DNA of 64,000 nucleotides from a virus (taxonomy: Duplodnaviria; Heunggongvirae; Uroviricota; Caudoviricetes). Below the pieces are notes generated by a model. That model had not been told where the DNA came from, searched no databases, and saw only the letters and a program-made list of their open reading frames with translations. Below are positions 1 to 10,148 of this stretch, piece by piece. The stretch covers positions 304,437 through 368,436 of IMG/VR virus record IMGVR_UViG_3300031414_000001; one strand, written 5' to 3'. Made by a program: the position numbers and the translations under genes. The stretch's first letter is position 1. Each line of letters starts with the position of its first letter.

Positions 1-197
1 ACATTAAAGAAGTTCACAAGACCAACAGCAACTAGTGTATATGATGCATAGCTATTTAGCTGCCATTTCTTTTTTAACGCTGGTTCATCAAAGTTCTTAT
101 TGAAAATCAATTGTGCCAGATTACTTAGATTAGCATATAAGAATGCCAGTGCTGGAATAATAGCAATGATTAGAATTGCCGATAGAATAACTTCCAT
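1..197 (-). CDS. membrane protein, partial (runs off the window start)
   Basis: ATG at 197, hydrophobic N-terminus MEVILSAILIIAIIPALAFLYA, open to the window edge. Confidence 0.6.
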   Translation of the reverse strand, partial: MEVILSAILIIAIIPALAFLYANLSNLAQLIFNKNFDEPALKKKWQLNSYASYTLVAVGLVNFFN

Positions 198-210
198 TTA
201 TATTTCCCTA

Positions 211-234
211 TAAAAAAGGGATACCGAAGTATCC
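211..234 (-). terminator. intrinsic terminator
   Basis: GGGATAC-TTCG-GTATCCC-TTTTTT on minus strand after the AAA ATPase gene. Confidence 0.85.
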
Positions 235-244
235 CTAAGTTTGA

Positions 245-1435
245 TTACATGAAACCTGAACCAGTCATGCCTTCAGTTGCACGTTCGTTCATAACTTCTG
301 CGAGTGATTGATGTTCTGCTGTACATACTTCAACATCCATACCCAGGAACTGACGAACATTGAACTGCTGTTCTTGTTCGAGTTTCAGGAACTCCAGAGT
401 TTTGAAACAACGACCAGGACGAATCAACGCACTGTCAATATCTGACAGGTTCTTGATGTTCGTACTGATAATGATCTTAACATCTGGTGATGCTAGACCT
501 TCGGCGGCATTCAGTAGACCAGCCATAATATCGTTACCTTCTTCACGAGAATACAGGTGACGATCCACATCTTCAAAGATGAAAATATCTTTGTGTTTAG
601 ATGTGTAGATGTTGTTAACGAGTTCAGGAGAGTTCATTACCCCTGGGGTGTCGATAACACTGATGGTACGTTCATCTTCGAATCCGATACCCTGTAACAT
701 ACGTTTGATGAACGTAGTTTTACCAGTTCCTGGATCACCGTAAAGTACTAAAACGTTCGGTGCTGCTGCCATGAACGCACGTGCGAAATCTTCTGGTGTT
801 TCCGTGAACCACGGATACATGATTTCTGCTGGCATATTGATTTTTGGTGCGTTGAACAGGATACTATTTTCTACCATGTTTCCACGGTTATCCATACTTA
901 GACGGGTAAGAATAGGTGTATCGTTGATGTTCTCACGGTTCTTAATTGCCGCCATGAAATCATCAACTAGACCAATGTCCAACATGAAGGTAAACCCAAA
1001 GGTCTTATCTGTACAGTAGTTGAATTCAACACAACCATGTACTTCATTTTCACTGTAGATAAGTTCCTGGAATCCCATACTGATAGTACCGAGATTATGT
1101 TCTGAACAGAACTTCTGGATTACTTCTTTATAGGTTTTCTTACCTTCTTTTTCGTTCTCACTGACGTAATAGATTGTCTCACTATGTGAATTAATGAAAC
1201 GACCAGCCAGTTTATAACGAACTACGTCACGGAAACGCAGGTTATTTGAATACTCAAGAGATGCGTGAACAATATCTTGTACTTGTTCACGTACAGATTG
1301 TGATAGATTAGTCATATCAGGTAATTCGATCCTTGGAACGGGGGTTAAATCTATTGCGGTACGTTGATGCTGAGGTGACATAACTTTGATAGATATGCCA
1401 GCCTCAGCCAAATAGTTTTGTAAGAGTTTACTCAT
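245..1435 (-). CDS. AAA+ family ATPase
   Basis: Walker A GDPGTGKT, Walker B IFEDVD, second region of homology IDSALIRPGRCF. Confidence 0.9.
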   Translation of the reverse strand: MSKLLQNYLAEAGISIKVMSPQHQRTAIDLTPVPRIELPDMTNLSQSVREQVQDIVHASLEYSNNLRFRDVVRYKLAGRFINSHSETIYYVSENEKEGKKTYKEVIQKFCSEHNLGTISMGFQELIYSENEVHGCVEFNYCTDKTFGFTFMLDIGLVDDFMAAIKNRENINDTPILTRLSMDNRGNMVENSILFNAPKINMPAEIMYPWFTETPEDFARAFMAAAPNVLVLYGDPGTGKTTFIKRMLQGIGFEDERTISVIDTPGVMNSPELVNNIYTSKHKDIFIFEDVDRHLYSREEGNDIMAGLLNAAEGLASPDVKIIISTNIKNLSDIDSALIRPGRCFKTLEFLKLEQEQQFNVRQFLGMDVEVCTAEHQSLAEVMNERATEGMTGSGFM

Positions 1436-1754
1436 TGTCTTTCTTTAATTCTGGTACTTTCCATTTGTAGTACAGGTAAGTACTGATACCGTACATTGTG
1501 AGATACCACAACCAGAATAAGCCAGAAGCTATTACCTGGAATGGGGTAATGAAGTTACCGAATAGTAGTCCAAAGAACCACAATACAGTAAGTGTATAGA
1601 ACGGGATTAACGCCACTGTCGGCGATAACCCCACAACAACGGTCATTGTGGAACCCCACAATGACTTTCGTTGTTGGAATTTGGTAACATACAAATCGAA
1701 CAGGAATAAACTGTTAATCAATGTAGTACCAATTACAAATCCAAAGAGGGTCAT
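1428..1754 (-). CDS. membrane protein
   Basis: several hydrophobic segments; ATG at 1754 preferred. Confidence 0.7.
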   Translation of the reverse strand: MTLFGFVIGTTLINSLFLFDLYVTKFQQRKSLWGSTMTVVVGLSPTVALIPFYTLTVLWFFGLLFGNFITPFQVIASGLFWLWYLTMYGISTYLYYKWKVPELKKDNE

Positions 1755-2584
1755 TAATTCCCGCCTAAGATGGCGTGTGACCACCACCAAGAAAGGTGTT
1801 GCATGAGTTCTTCGTTTTCAAACGCTTCTGGATTAGCACGGATGTAGTTTACCGCTTCATCCCACGTGATGAAATCTTTCTCACCATTGGTAACTGTACG
1901 AATCCATTTCTTCGCGATGGTTGTTCCATGTTCACACGCATCACGACGACGCAGGAATGCAGGAGAGAGATCGCAAATAGGTGAATACCCTGCTGATTTC
2001 AGCATATGGTTATGTACCAGTACCGGATACTCGTCATGCTCATAAGCATCTTCCAGTACTTCATAGATGTAATGAAGCAATGATTGATAATGAGAGTTAT
2101 GGCGGTGGAACGGTGCGTTGAATTCTTCCAGCGTAATACTAGGATCAGCCAGGAACCAATAACCACGTTTTTCGTACTGGAAACCTTCACCATGTTCATA
2201 AACCAATGCGGTGATAGTATTACCAGGAACAGCACCGGTTTCTACCTGATAAGAATACTCGAATGGTTTAAACCACTCTGCGTGGTTAGCCAGCATGATA
2301 CCTTTAGTTTCCAGTGTTGCTGAACGCCACAATGTATTCGCCAAAGAAATATTATTGTGTACAGAAACAACATTCCAGAACTCTACTGGCTTATCAGTAT
2401 AGTTTTCCAGAAAACGATCAATATGACGGCGACCTTCAGCAGTTAATTTGCTGTAAGTCTCAGCATCAACAAAACCAATCTGTTCAGAGAATGGGAAAGA
2501 AGCCCAATCAATTGACTGTACTTCTTTACGTTTCAGTTCATTGATATTTGAATCAGTTTTTACGAGCAACTTAATCTTAGTCAT
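1754..2584 (-). CDS. hypothetical protein (C-terminal CxxG..W..TWDE motif family)
   Basis: RBS GAGGA before ATG 2584; motif shared with 3196, 4588 and 5793. Confidence 0.8.
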   Translation of the reverse strand: MTKIKLLVKTDSNINELKRKEVQSIDWASFPFSEQIGFVDAETYSKLTAEGRRHIDRFLENYTDKPVEFWNVVSVHNNISLANTLWRSATLETKGIMLANHAEWFKPFEYSYQVETGAVPGNTITALVYEHGEGFQYEKRGYWFLADPSITLEEFNAPFHRHNSHYQSLLHYIYEVLEDAYEHDEYPVLVHNHMLKSAGYSPICDLSPAFLRRRDACEHGTTIAKKWIRTVTNGEKDFITWDEAVNYIRANPEAFENEELMQHLSWWWSHAILGGN

Positions 2585-2588
2585 AGCC

Positions 2589-3119
2589 TTAATCCTCAAT
2601 CTTAATAAGTGAAGTACCGAAAAGTGGATGTTTGTATTCTTGATACATAACACCATTCATTTCAACGATACGTGTTGGAACAGATTTATTCTGACTTGGA
2701 AGTACTGGAATGTTGTCAGCACTTTTATTTGAACTTTTATCTACGAACCCTTTGTTAAGACGAAGGAACGAACCGCTACGTTTTACGGATGCTCCACGTT
2801 TAACAAAAACCTCAGTACTCTTTGGCTTCTCACGTAAGTATGAGAAGTTCTTAACTGTAGGCAATGGTTCATCTGACCAGTACCAGTCAATATATTCCTG
2901 GAGGCCAGCGAACAAATCAGCACGAGTTTGATTACAATCGTAGCACATGGATACAAGGTTGTCAATGCTATTTGACCCACCGAGTGAACGAAGTTTGTCA
3001 TGGTCAAGCGTATGACGAACTAATGTACCATCCAATTTCTGGAAGTACTTTGGAGATACTTGCGGTATACCACAGCAAGCACAGCATGTATTACGATATA
3101 TAATGGCTTCATTAATCAT
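2589..3119 (-). CDS. HNH endonuclease
   Basis: CACCG...TLDHDKLRSLGGSNSIDNLVSMCYDCN. Confidence 0.85.
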   Translation of the reverse strand: MINEAIIYRNTCCACCGIPQVSPKYFQKLDGTLVRHTLDHDKLRSLGGSNSIDNLVSMCYDCNQTRADLFAGLQEYIDWYWSDEPLPTVKNFSYLREKPKSTEVFVKRGASVKRSGSFLRLNKGFVDKSSNKSADNIPVLPSQNKSVPTRIVEMNGVMYQEYKHPLFGTSLIKIED

Positions 3120-3195
3120 TTTATGGACTCCCTTCACGTTGAATAGGAGTCCATTATAGAGGGGGAGTTGACTTATGTCAACGCCTTTTTACGTT

Positions 3196-3990
3196 TTACT
3201 GGTCGAACAAGTCCAGTTCATCAGCGACGGCTTCAGCCAGCCATACCAGATCGCACTTAGCAGAGTCAACTGCATCAGTACTGGACATGATATGACGAGC
3301 AATAAATTCATTCCATGAGTACTGTACGTCAGAACGTCCAGCCCACTTCATGGTACGACGCCAACCTTCAGCACAAGGTTCATAAGAACGCAATTCTTCA
3401 GAACTCATTACTGGACGAACCTTACCAAACAGTTTACGACTATCGTTATCTGACAGAATCAGAGAACCGAAGCTAATAAACAGATGGTACTGGAACTCAG
3501 TAATATCTTCATCTTCTACAGACTGAAGTTCAGCCCATGATTTAACTACGAACTTAGCCCACTCAGGATTGCGAGATTCACCAATTGAGGTTGCCAGTTC
3601 TTCAGGGTCGAAGTACTCAGAAGTAGTGATGATGGTTTTGAATTGTGCCAGGGACAGATTCTGATTAGAGATAAGACCAGTACTTTCATAGTCAATATCA
3701 GTTGAAGCAATCAGTTTCTTGATCATACTAGGTTTCAGCTTAGCATGATAGATGAAATCATTGTAGTACAAACCAGAAGCTACAAGCATTTCTACTGCTG
3801 CGTCAGGGATTTCATCTTGTACGTTCTCAAGAACATCTTGATACAGAAGATGACGGTACTGACGTGGGTTCATGTTCTCGAAAAGTTGTGTGAATTCCTC
3901 TAAAGAGATTGGTGATTCGAAACGGTAATCTTCGATATTATTCGCTACTTCTACAATATCGAATTGACCAGTGATTTGAATATGTGCCAT
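3196..3990 (-). CDS. hypothetical protein, paralog family
   Basis: ORF; EPCAEGWRR..SWNEFI motif. Confidence 0.8.
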   Translation of the reverse strand: MAHIQITGQFDIVEVANNIEDYRFESPISLEEFTQLFENMNPRQYRHLLYQDVLENVQDEIPDAAVEMLVASGLYYNDFIYHAKLKPSMIKKLIASTDIDYESTGLISNQNLSLAQFKTIITTSEYFDPEELATSIGESRNPEWAKFVVKSWAELQSVEDEDITEFQYHLFISFGSLILSDNDSRKLFGKVRPVMSSEELRSYEPCAEGWRRTMKWAGRSDVQYSWNEFIARHIMSSTDAVDSAKCDLVWLAEAVADELDLFDQ

Positions 3991-4006
3991 TATGTACTAC
4001 TTTCCT

Positions 4007-4531
4007 TTATGCTAAGATTTTCTGTACTTCATTACGAACATCTGCTTTTTCTGATACACGTAACAGACTACGCATATCCAGATGTGCGTGATACTTCTGA
4101 ACAAATTCAACGTCGATGCTTTTAACACGCTCAACGTGATACAACGAAATCAATTCTGCTTCTGCGAGAGTATTCAGTTGTTCGATACTTACATCCAGAG
4201 ATGGAATCTCGATGAACAGTTTCTTCTCGATAGTTTTGTTGGTTAGTTCTTCAATCAATTGCGGCACAGGAATACCAGCTTTATCAGAGAACTGCTTGAT
4301 GAAATTTTCGTTACGGAATACAGCGGTCAGCATTGCACGTAGAGTTTCATCATTTGCGTTCTGAAATACTTCAGTATACGCTTCAACGGTGAAACCATTT
4401 TGTACTGAATCCTCGATAATATCAGAGAACCAGGAACAGCTAATATTCTCAAAACCAAAGTTACGTCCAGCGGCTACAATCTCATTGATTGAGTTGATGC
4501 CAACTGTTTTAATTGCGGTGATTGTTGCCAT
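4007..4531 (-). CDS. hypothetical protein
   Basis: ORF with RBS; SIDVEFVQKY repeat-like unit. Confidence 0.8.
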   Translation of the reverse strand: MATITAIKTVGINSINEIVAAGRNFGFENISCSWFSDIIEDSVQNGFTVEAYTEVFQNANDETLRAMLTAVFRNENFIKQFSDKAGIPVPQLIEELTNKTIEKKLFIEIPSLDVSIEQLNTLAEAELISLYHVERVKSIDVEFVQKYHAHLDMRSLLRVSEKADVRNEVQKILA

Positions 4532-4587
4532 GTTGCTTCCTTTGTTTACTCAATTAAAAAGCCCAACATAGTTGGGCTTGGAGATAC

Positions 4588-5775
4588 TTATTCTTCATCG
4601 GGTTCATCAGTTCCCGATTCATCTTGTTCAGATGAAGCTGGTGCATCAGTACCCTCTGTCATAAATCCACTAAAAGTGGGCATATATTGAATTGGGTTAA
4701 TGAACCGTGGCTGTACCATTCGTGGTGCTACACGTGCTTCGACCATTTCAGCCATAGCCTGATTGATTGCTGCCATTGCTGATTGTGGATCAGCATTTGG
4801 AGCTTCACCACTACTATCAGCATTTGCTTGTACTGGTGGCGGATCGATAACGTCAGCAAACTCTACGTTGAAATCTGCGTCACCCTGACTTTCATCAGTA
4901 CCAGTAATGTGACGATACGCTTCACGCTGGACACGTTTAGCTTCGAAGCTTAAACGTTCTGGATACTGAGCAACTTCTTCTGGTGTGTTCTCCAGGCAGC
5001 GACCCATGATCCAATCAACATATCCGTTCTGGTTCAAACGAGGATGTGATTTCATCAGAGTCAGCATTTCGTTCCAGGTTGGATAGTCATTCGCACGACC
5101 AGTAACGCGACGGAACTTACGCAGCCAGATAGTGAAAGAACGCTGACCATCATCACACGGCTGACCAGACATGATACGTTGTTCAGTAATTACTGTATCG
5201 TAATAGTCCGGTACTGGCTGCTGAAGATCTTCCAGTGCTTCACGATTCAAATAACGCATACTGCGAGATTGCATAATGAAGCGACGGAACAACCCATCCT
5301 TATAGAACAGGAATTCACGAAGTACATCGGAATCACGAGACTGAAGGAAACGATCAAAGAAGCGGCTATAGCTAATTTGATTTTCGAACTTCTCCAGGAA
5401 CTCAGGAGTAATACACAACTGCTGGTGAGCATGATCCAGATACAGATGTGCGGCGTTTTTAGTCAGGAATTCCAGACTATACTGTTTATCATTACACCAA
5501 ATATCGGTATCCAGATGGAAACGGGTACGTGATACTTGCTTGCGAGTACTGATAACGAATTCCAACGCAGGTTCATCCATTACGCCAAGGATTGAACCCC
5601 AATCAACCCAATCCGCGATTGTGCGGCGTGAAGCATAGTTCACACGAGCGAGGAAATTCAAATCATTGAAGTCCTCAACGAATTCGCTCGGATCGATATG
5701 ATGCCAAGCGACACGGCGAAGTTCAGCGATAGTCAGATCACGTAAACTTGTCTTTTCAGACGTTACTGTTAACAT
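4588..5775 (-). CDS. hypothetical protein, paralog family
   Basis: ORF; QPCDDGQ..TWNEML motif, acidic tail. Confidence 0.8.
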   Translation of the reverse strand: MLTVTSEKTSLRDLTIAELRRVAWHHIDPSEFVEDFNDLNFLARVNYASRRTIADWVDWGSILGVMDEPALEFVISTRKQVSRTRFHLDTDIWCNDKQYSLEFLTKNAAHLYLDHAHQQLCITPEFLEKFENQISYSRFFDRFLQSRDSDVLREFLFYKDGLFRRFIMQSRSMRYLNREALEDLQQPVPDYYDTVITEQRIMSGQPCDDGQRSFTIWLRKFRRVTGRANDYPTWNEMLTLMKSHPRLNQNGYVDWIMGRCLENTPEEVAQYPERLSFEAKRVQREAYRHITGTDESQGDADFNVEFADVIDPPPVQANADSSGEAPNADPQSAMAAINQAMAEMVEARVAPRMVQPRFINPIQYMPTFSGFMTEGTDAPASSEQDESGTDEPDEE

Positions 5776-5792
5776 GTTTGTTGTCCTGTTTG

Positions 5793-6596
5793 TTAGTCGT
5801 TATAACCGAGAATTTCTAAGAATGGTTGACGGAAGTAAGAATTGAACCAGGTATTGGCTAAACCGTCCAGGCCAGTATCTTTACATTCGTTAATGTATTC
5901 TTCCCAATTCGTGTACTTCTGTTTACGAGAATTACTATTCCAGTAACCCGTAACAACATCCATCGAATAGTCAGCACGTTCCTGATCCTGATAATCAGCT
6001 ATCAGTTTATTAATATCTACAGGAACATCGAACCACTGATTGATGAACTGAAGAATCCGCTGAAGTGTAACTTCATCAAAATTACAGTTACTTACAGATT
6101 GAACCAGAGAATCCTTACCTGACCGCCATGATAAGTGACGACTCAGATACCGACGGCACATTTCTGGAGTACCCAAGAAGTCCAGTACATCACCGAAACG
6201 TTCACGGTACTGAAGAAGTGAACCCATGCTCAGGCGATCAGCATAACGACTGGCGAATTCAGGCGTAATATTACGCTGACCTTCGATGTTCAGACGGCAC
6301 AGTTTATCACCATTTTCCAGAAGGAACTCAGCAGAGTATTCATGGAGTTGACCAATGTCATCCCAAATGTCTGAACTGTTACGAATGATCGTTTCACATT
6401 CTTCTTTAGTCAGACGTTCATTGCGATGGATATAGTACTGAACGTGAGTGGTTGTTGGAACCTGAAGAAGAATATTGCGATGACCAGCACGAAGTAATTC
6501 GTACACTTCATCGCAATCCAATTGATCGAGATTGAACTGATTAATGTTATCTACTGTAACATTAGTCAAATCAGCTTTCAAATAGATAGTACCCAT
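5793..6596 (-). CDS. hypothetical protein, paralog family
   Basis: ORF; QRNITPEFASRY and NWEEYI motifs. Confidence 0.8.
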   Translation of the reverse strand: MGTIYLKADLTNVTVDNINQFNLDQLDCDEVYELLRAGHRNILLQVPTTTHVQYYIHRNERLTKEECETIIRNSSDIWDDIGQLHEYSAEFLLENGDKLCRLNIEGQRNITPEFASRYADRLSMGSLLQYRERFGDVLDFLGTPEMCRRYLSRHLSWRSGKDSLVQSVSNCNFDEVTLQRILQFINQWFDVPVDINKLIADYQDQERADYSMDVVTGYWNSNSRKQKYTNWEEYINECKDTGLDGLANTWFNSYFRQPFLEILGYND

Positions 6597-6652
6597 TATT
6601 GTTGTACCTCTTTTCCTATTATTGAACCAGTGAATATCTTTGATGGGATCAT

Positions 6653-6681
6653 ACTATACTCGCCTCGCTCTTGCGAGTCAA
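6653..6681 (-). promoter_or_regulatory. sigma70-type promoter (class 1)
   Basis: TTGACT-N17-TATAGT. Confidence 0.75.
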
Positions 6682-6699
6682 GGATTTTCTTTTGCTTCG

Positions 6700-7233
6700 C
6701 AGCAAGAAAATCTAAATTAAAACGTACTTTACCTCATTCATATCTGACGAGATTTGTTGAGGCATTTTCATCCCCCCGCTGGGGGCTTGAAACCTGACGA
6801 TGATAGTCGTCGGCATTATTGTATTGAGAATTACTTTTAGAGTAGTGCAGAAGCGGGTTGTTCGGTATTCTTCTTATCTCAGTTCTAACAACGGTCGAGG
6901 TCTTAGCTCGCATAATACTAAATCTATACAATCAAATCTAGTACTTGAAAACAGCAAAATTTGGACGGATCTATATTGTACAAATTTCGGTGCTTTCTCC
7001 CTTATCGGATATTGGTAAGGTAGCATCCTTATATGTCTATCGAGGAAGTACATTACGATTGTAGTACTTCTTTATAGAGCCGCATTGCCGTGGACGGTAC
7101 AAACTATGCCGATTCCTAACGGGTTTCTTCTGCTCTTTGAACTGCTTGAACTTCTCAACTATCCAATTACATTTTCATCGGACTAGGGTTTACAACATTA
7201 GGGGCAATTAGCCCCTATCAAACAGAATTGTAT
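6700..7233 (-). ncRNA. candidate ~530-nt structured ncRNA
   Basis: no credible ORF, promoter at 7240-7268, multiple hairpins (AGGGGC/GCCCCT, GAAGTAC/GTACTTC, GACGA/TCGTC, CCCCC/GGGGG). Confidence 0.55.
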
Positions 7234-7239
7234 TGGTAC

Positions 7240-7268
7240 ATTATAGCACAGAATTTTGTGCCGTTTCA
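7240..7268 (-). promoter_or_regulatory. class 2 promoter
   Basis: TGAAAC-N17-TATAAT; the same spacing recurs 8 times in the window. Confidence 0.7.
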
Positions 7269-7694
7269 CTAATTTGAACAGTATTGTACAGAACGGTGAT
7301 CACCATTACATTCAATCGCAACACCAACCGACAATGAATGTTCAGCACTTTCAATAGTCATGTAGTTGAAGTTTCGATCCGATTGTAATGAAACCGTACA
7401 TTTAGAATATACTTCTTTACGGTCAATCACGAAAGGTTTAACACTGTCAATAGTAATAATACCATCAACGCAATTATACTCATGCCTGAAATTAGCATGG
7501 TATACTGCTTTAAAATTATGACGAAGTACATTCTGTACATTCGCACAATGAGGATCAGTTTCAATCTTATCCAGTACTGCCTGGTAGTTTTCAGTACTCA
7601 GGTCATAGCGTTTCTGAATAAGAGTTCCCCATGATGTTTCTACACCATCAATAAAGATTTGAAGAAAACCACGAGCTAACGTAAAAGTTAACAT
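7269..7694 (-). CDS. hypothetical protein
   Basis: ORF with RBS. Confidence 0.75.
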   Translation of the reverse strand: MLTFTLARGFLQIFIDGVETSWGTLIQKRYDLSTENYQAVLDKIETDPHCANVQNVLRHNFKAVYHANFRHEYNCVDGIITIDSVKPFVIDRKEVYSKCTVSLQSDRNFNYMTIESAEHSLSVGVAIECNGDHRSVQYCSN

Positions 7695-7706
7695 GAGAAC
7701 CTACTT

Positions 7707-8162
7707 TTAAGCTGGTGAAACTTCGTAAAGCACATTTAGTACTTCAACCGCGAATGCCGCCTGTTCAGGAAAACGCTCAGTGTGGTATGCATTAGAAATC
7801 AAACCATAATGAGATTTGATCATACCTTTAATGATATTACCACATTCAGATTCGAAATTGTATCCGCAATGAATAGCATCAACAATCACTTCGTCAGAAT
7901 ACTTAGGATGATATAACCCACTTGAGGTTACATAATCAGAGAACAGTACTGGAGCATGAACATCACGAAGTGCCAAATACTGTTTCATGTATTCAGTATC
8001 CTGTTCATCAGCACCTTCTGTCCATCCACGCTTAATAGCACCTTCGATGGAATTCATATTCCGTACTAAGTACTTTGAAAGTTCCAAATGATGTGGATTA
8101 GTTAGGGCACTTTCGAACAGTTCTTCTGCTTGCCGCAGAGAGTTGATTTGACCTTCACGCAT
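7707..8162 (-). CDS. hypothetical protein
   Basis: ORF with RBS. Confidence 0.75.
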   Translation of the reverse strand: MREGQINSLRQAEELFESALTNPHHLELSKYLVRNMNSIEGAIKRGWTEGADEQDTEYMKQYLALRDVHAPVLFSDYVTSSGLYHPKYSDEVIVDAIHCGYNFESECGNIIKGMIKSHYGLISNAYHTERFPEQAAFAVEVLNVLYEVSPA

Positions 8163-8165
8163 ATA

Positions 8166-8426
8166 TTACCTCAGTTGTGAATCCTTTGACCCGCGTCGAT
8201 TGTAACTTTCTTTAAAAGTACTTTCATGCGTTGTCTGACACTTAATACAGTACTTAACACCTTTCAATGCTAAGCGACGTTTTTCAGGAATTTCATTTCC
8301 ACAATCCAGGCAGTACATTTCCGATTCACCTTGCGGCAATTGAGAACGAGCAAAGTCGATCCCATTATCTAATGTAGCCTGAATTGTTTCCTGAAAGTTA
8401 TCTACTGAACCAAAACCACTTGCCAT
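8166..8426 (-). CDS. TraR/DksA C4-type zinc finger protein
   Basis: CLDCGNEIPEKRRLALKGVKYCIKCQ; N-terminal GFGSVD..QETI. Confidence 0.9.
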   Translation of the reverse strand: MASGFGSVDNFQETIQATLDNGIDFARSQLPQGESEMYCLDCGNEIPEKRRLALKGVKYCIKCQTTHESTFKESYNRRGSKDSQLR

Positions 8427-8437
8427 GATTCTCCACT

Positions 8438-8788
8438 TTAATAATAGTTATCATTATCGTATAGTTCAATCATACCAGGTTCATAAATGAACCCCATTTT
8501 CTCTAAGATATTGATTAATTTTTCAATATCAAAAAGTGAAGTACAATCTGAACCATTGGGATGAATAGCACATATTACACTATTACAATCTACAATGGTA
8601 TAACCAAAATCATTTTCACCTTCAGTGAAACCGACTGATTGATATGTTACACAATCAATAAGTTCGTTATTTTTTTCCCAATGATATTTTGGGACAAAGG
8701 CTAAACTGTTAAATTCAAATTCACCATCTCCTTTGAGAACATCGAACAGAATTTGCGTTTCATTTATATTAACATCTAAGATTGACAT
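8438..8788 (-). CDS. hypothetical protein
   Basis: ORF. Confidence 0.7.
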   Translation of the reverse strand: MSILDVNINETQILFDVLKGDGEFEFNSLAFVPKYHWEKNNELIDCVTYQSVGFTEGENDFGYTIVDCNSVICAIHPNGSDCTSLFDIEKLINILEKMGFIYEPGMIELYDNDNYY

Positions 8789-8797
8789 AGAATCCCC

Positions 8798-9046
8798 TTA
8801 TAAACCTTCCAGCTTAAGTTCAATGTCTTCAATACCTGGCTGAACCAGATACAGTGGATCTTTTACTTCGTTCCAGAACTTAACTGCTTTTGACAGAAAA
8901 GCTTTACCCTGAACTTCAGTGCCATCAGGCAAAGTCAACGTGTAGTTGATGTTTTGCATCTTTGGTGGTGCGAATGGGCGAACGGTTTTACCAATAACTT
9001 GATTGGTATCGTTGTCAACAACAGCATACATATGGATGATAGTCAT
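8798..9046 (-). CDS. hypothetical protein
   Basis: ATG 9046 after GGGAG RBS. Confidence 0.7.
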   Translation of the reverse strand: MTIIHMYAVVDNDTNQVIGKTVRPFAPPKMQNINYTLTLPDGTEVQGKAFLSKAVKFWNEVKDPLYLVQPGIEDIELKLEGL

Positions 9047-9047
9047 A

Positions 9048-9416
9048 TCAGACTCCCTTAAAACAACGAGCACGACGAAGCAATGGACCGTATTGTAATA
9101 CGAAGGAACGGAACATTGGAAATTCACGATACGTAATATTAACGTCGTTATTCGTGATACCACGAATAAACAGTACTGTCACTTCTGGTTGTTCTTTACT
9201 GAATTGAATCAGTAATGTTTCAACCATCCCACGCCAGAACTCCCGCTCTTTCCAACCGTTCATACGGTTATTGAATGCGTCAGTAATCAATTGAATTGCG
9301 TCAGCTAATTCCTGCTGAGCACGTTCATCGGTGTAACTCAAGTTCCCAACATTAAGAACATGATGGGTTTCCTGAATATTACGCTCACTTAAAATAACAG
9401 GAGTGAATTCATACAT
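9048..9416 (-). CDS. hypothetical protein
   Basis: ORF with GAGGA RBS. Confidence 0.75.
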   Translation of the reverse strand: MYEFTPVILSERNIQETHHVLNVGNLSYTDERAQQELADAIQLITDAFNNRMNGWKEREFWRGMVETLLIQFSKEQPEVTVLFIRGITNNDVNITYREFPMFRSFVLQYGPLLRRARCFKGV

Positions 9417-9481
9417 GATAAGTTCCTCGCCTTAGTTAGTGAGTCTATCTTATCACTATGGTTCAGCCCCGTCAAGGACTT

Positions 9482-9733
9482 TCAATCGCCATTCATGAAT
9501 TGAATTGCCATTGTGTCACCTACTATACCGCCACCAAACGCACTACACATCGCTATCGAGCAATCATCGTCCTGTTCAGCTTTGGCTTTCTCTAAACGCT
9601 TCTGCTCTGCCTGGATTTGACTATATGGCGTTACCCTTGCTGGTTCTGGCTTAGGCTCATGGATAGAAATCAACAGAATTTCACCAGCAAAGAATAAAAC
9701 TACAAGTGCAAAAGCAATACAGAATTGTTTCAT
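9482..9733 (-). CDS. small membrane protein
   Basis: N-terminal hydrophobic helix. Confidence 0.7.
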   Translation of the reverse strand: MKQFCIAFALVVLFFAGEILLISIHEPKPEPARVTPYSQIQAEQKRLEKAKAEQDDDCSIAMCSAFGGGIVGDTMAIQFMNGD

Positions 9734-9742
9734 AATTGTTCC

Positions 9743-10105
9743 TTAGATAAGTACTGAATTATCGAACACACAAACACCGTTCTCAAATACATTCTTACCA
9801 TCGCTAACCATGTAACGGGAAGTATTGGTTACAGTATCAATCAATAGAAGAATACTATTCTTCGTGTATTGTGATTTGTAAGTAATAGCGATAGCAGTAC
9901 CGCTAACTTGTTCACCAGCATTGTAGTACTTCTCAGCACCGAATACAAATGAACCATCATTAGTGTTCGCCTGTACATGCGTCACAGATGGTTTAGTACC
10001 TTCTTTGATACAGTTCAGATTATATACGCCAGGTGAAGGATTAACTTCAGCAGTACTGAAGAATGAAGCACCCAGCAGGGCAATACCTAAAAGTAACTTT
10101 CTCAT
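9743..10105 (-). CDS. secreted/periplasmic hypothetical protein
   Basis: signal-peptide-like MRKLLLGIALLGASFFSTA. Confidence 0.7.
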   Translation of the reverse strand: MRKLLLGIALLGASFFSTAEVNPSPGVYNLNCIKEGTKPSVTHVQANTNDGSFVFGAEKYYNAGEQVSGTAIAITYKSQYTKNSILLLIDTVTNTSRYMVSDGKNVFENGVCVFDNSVLI

Positions 10106-10148
10106 AATAGTTTCCAAAAGAAAGTGGGGCAATATTTCCCCACTGTTA

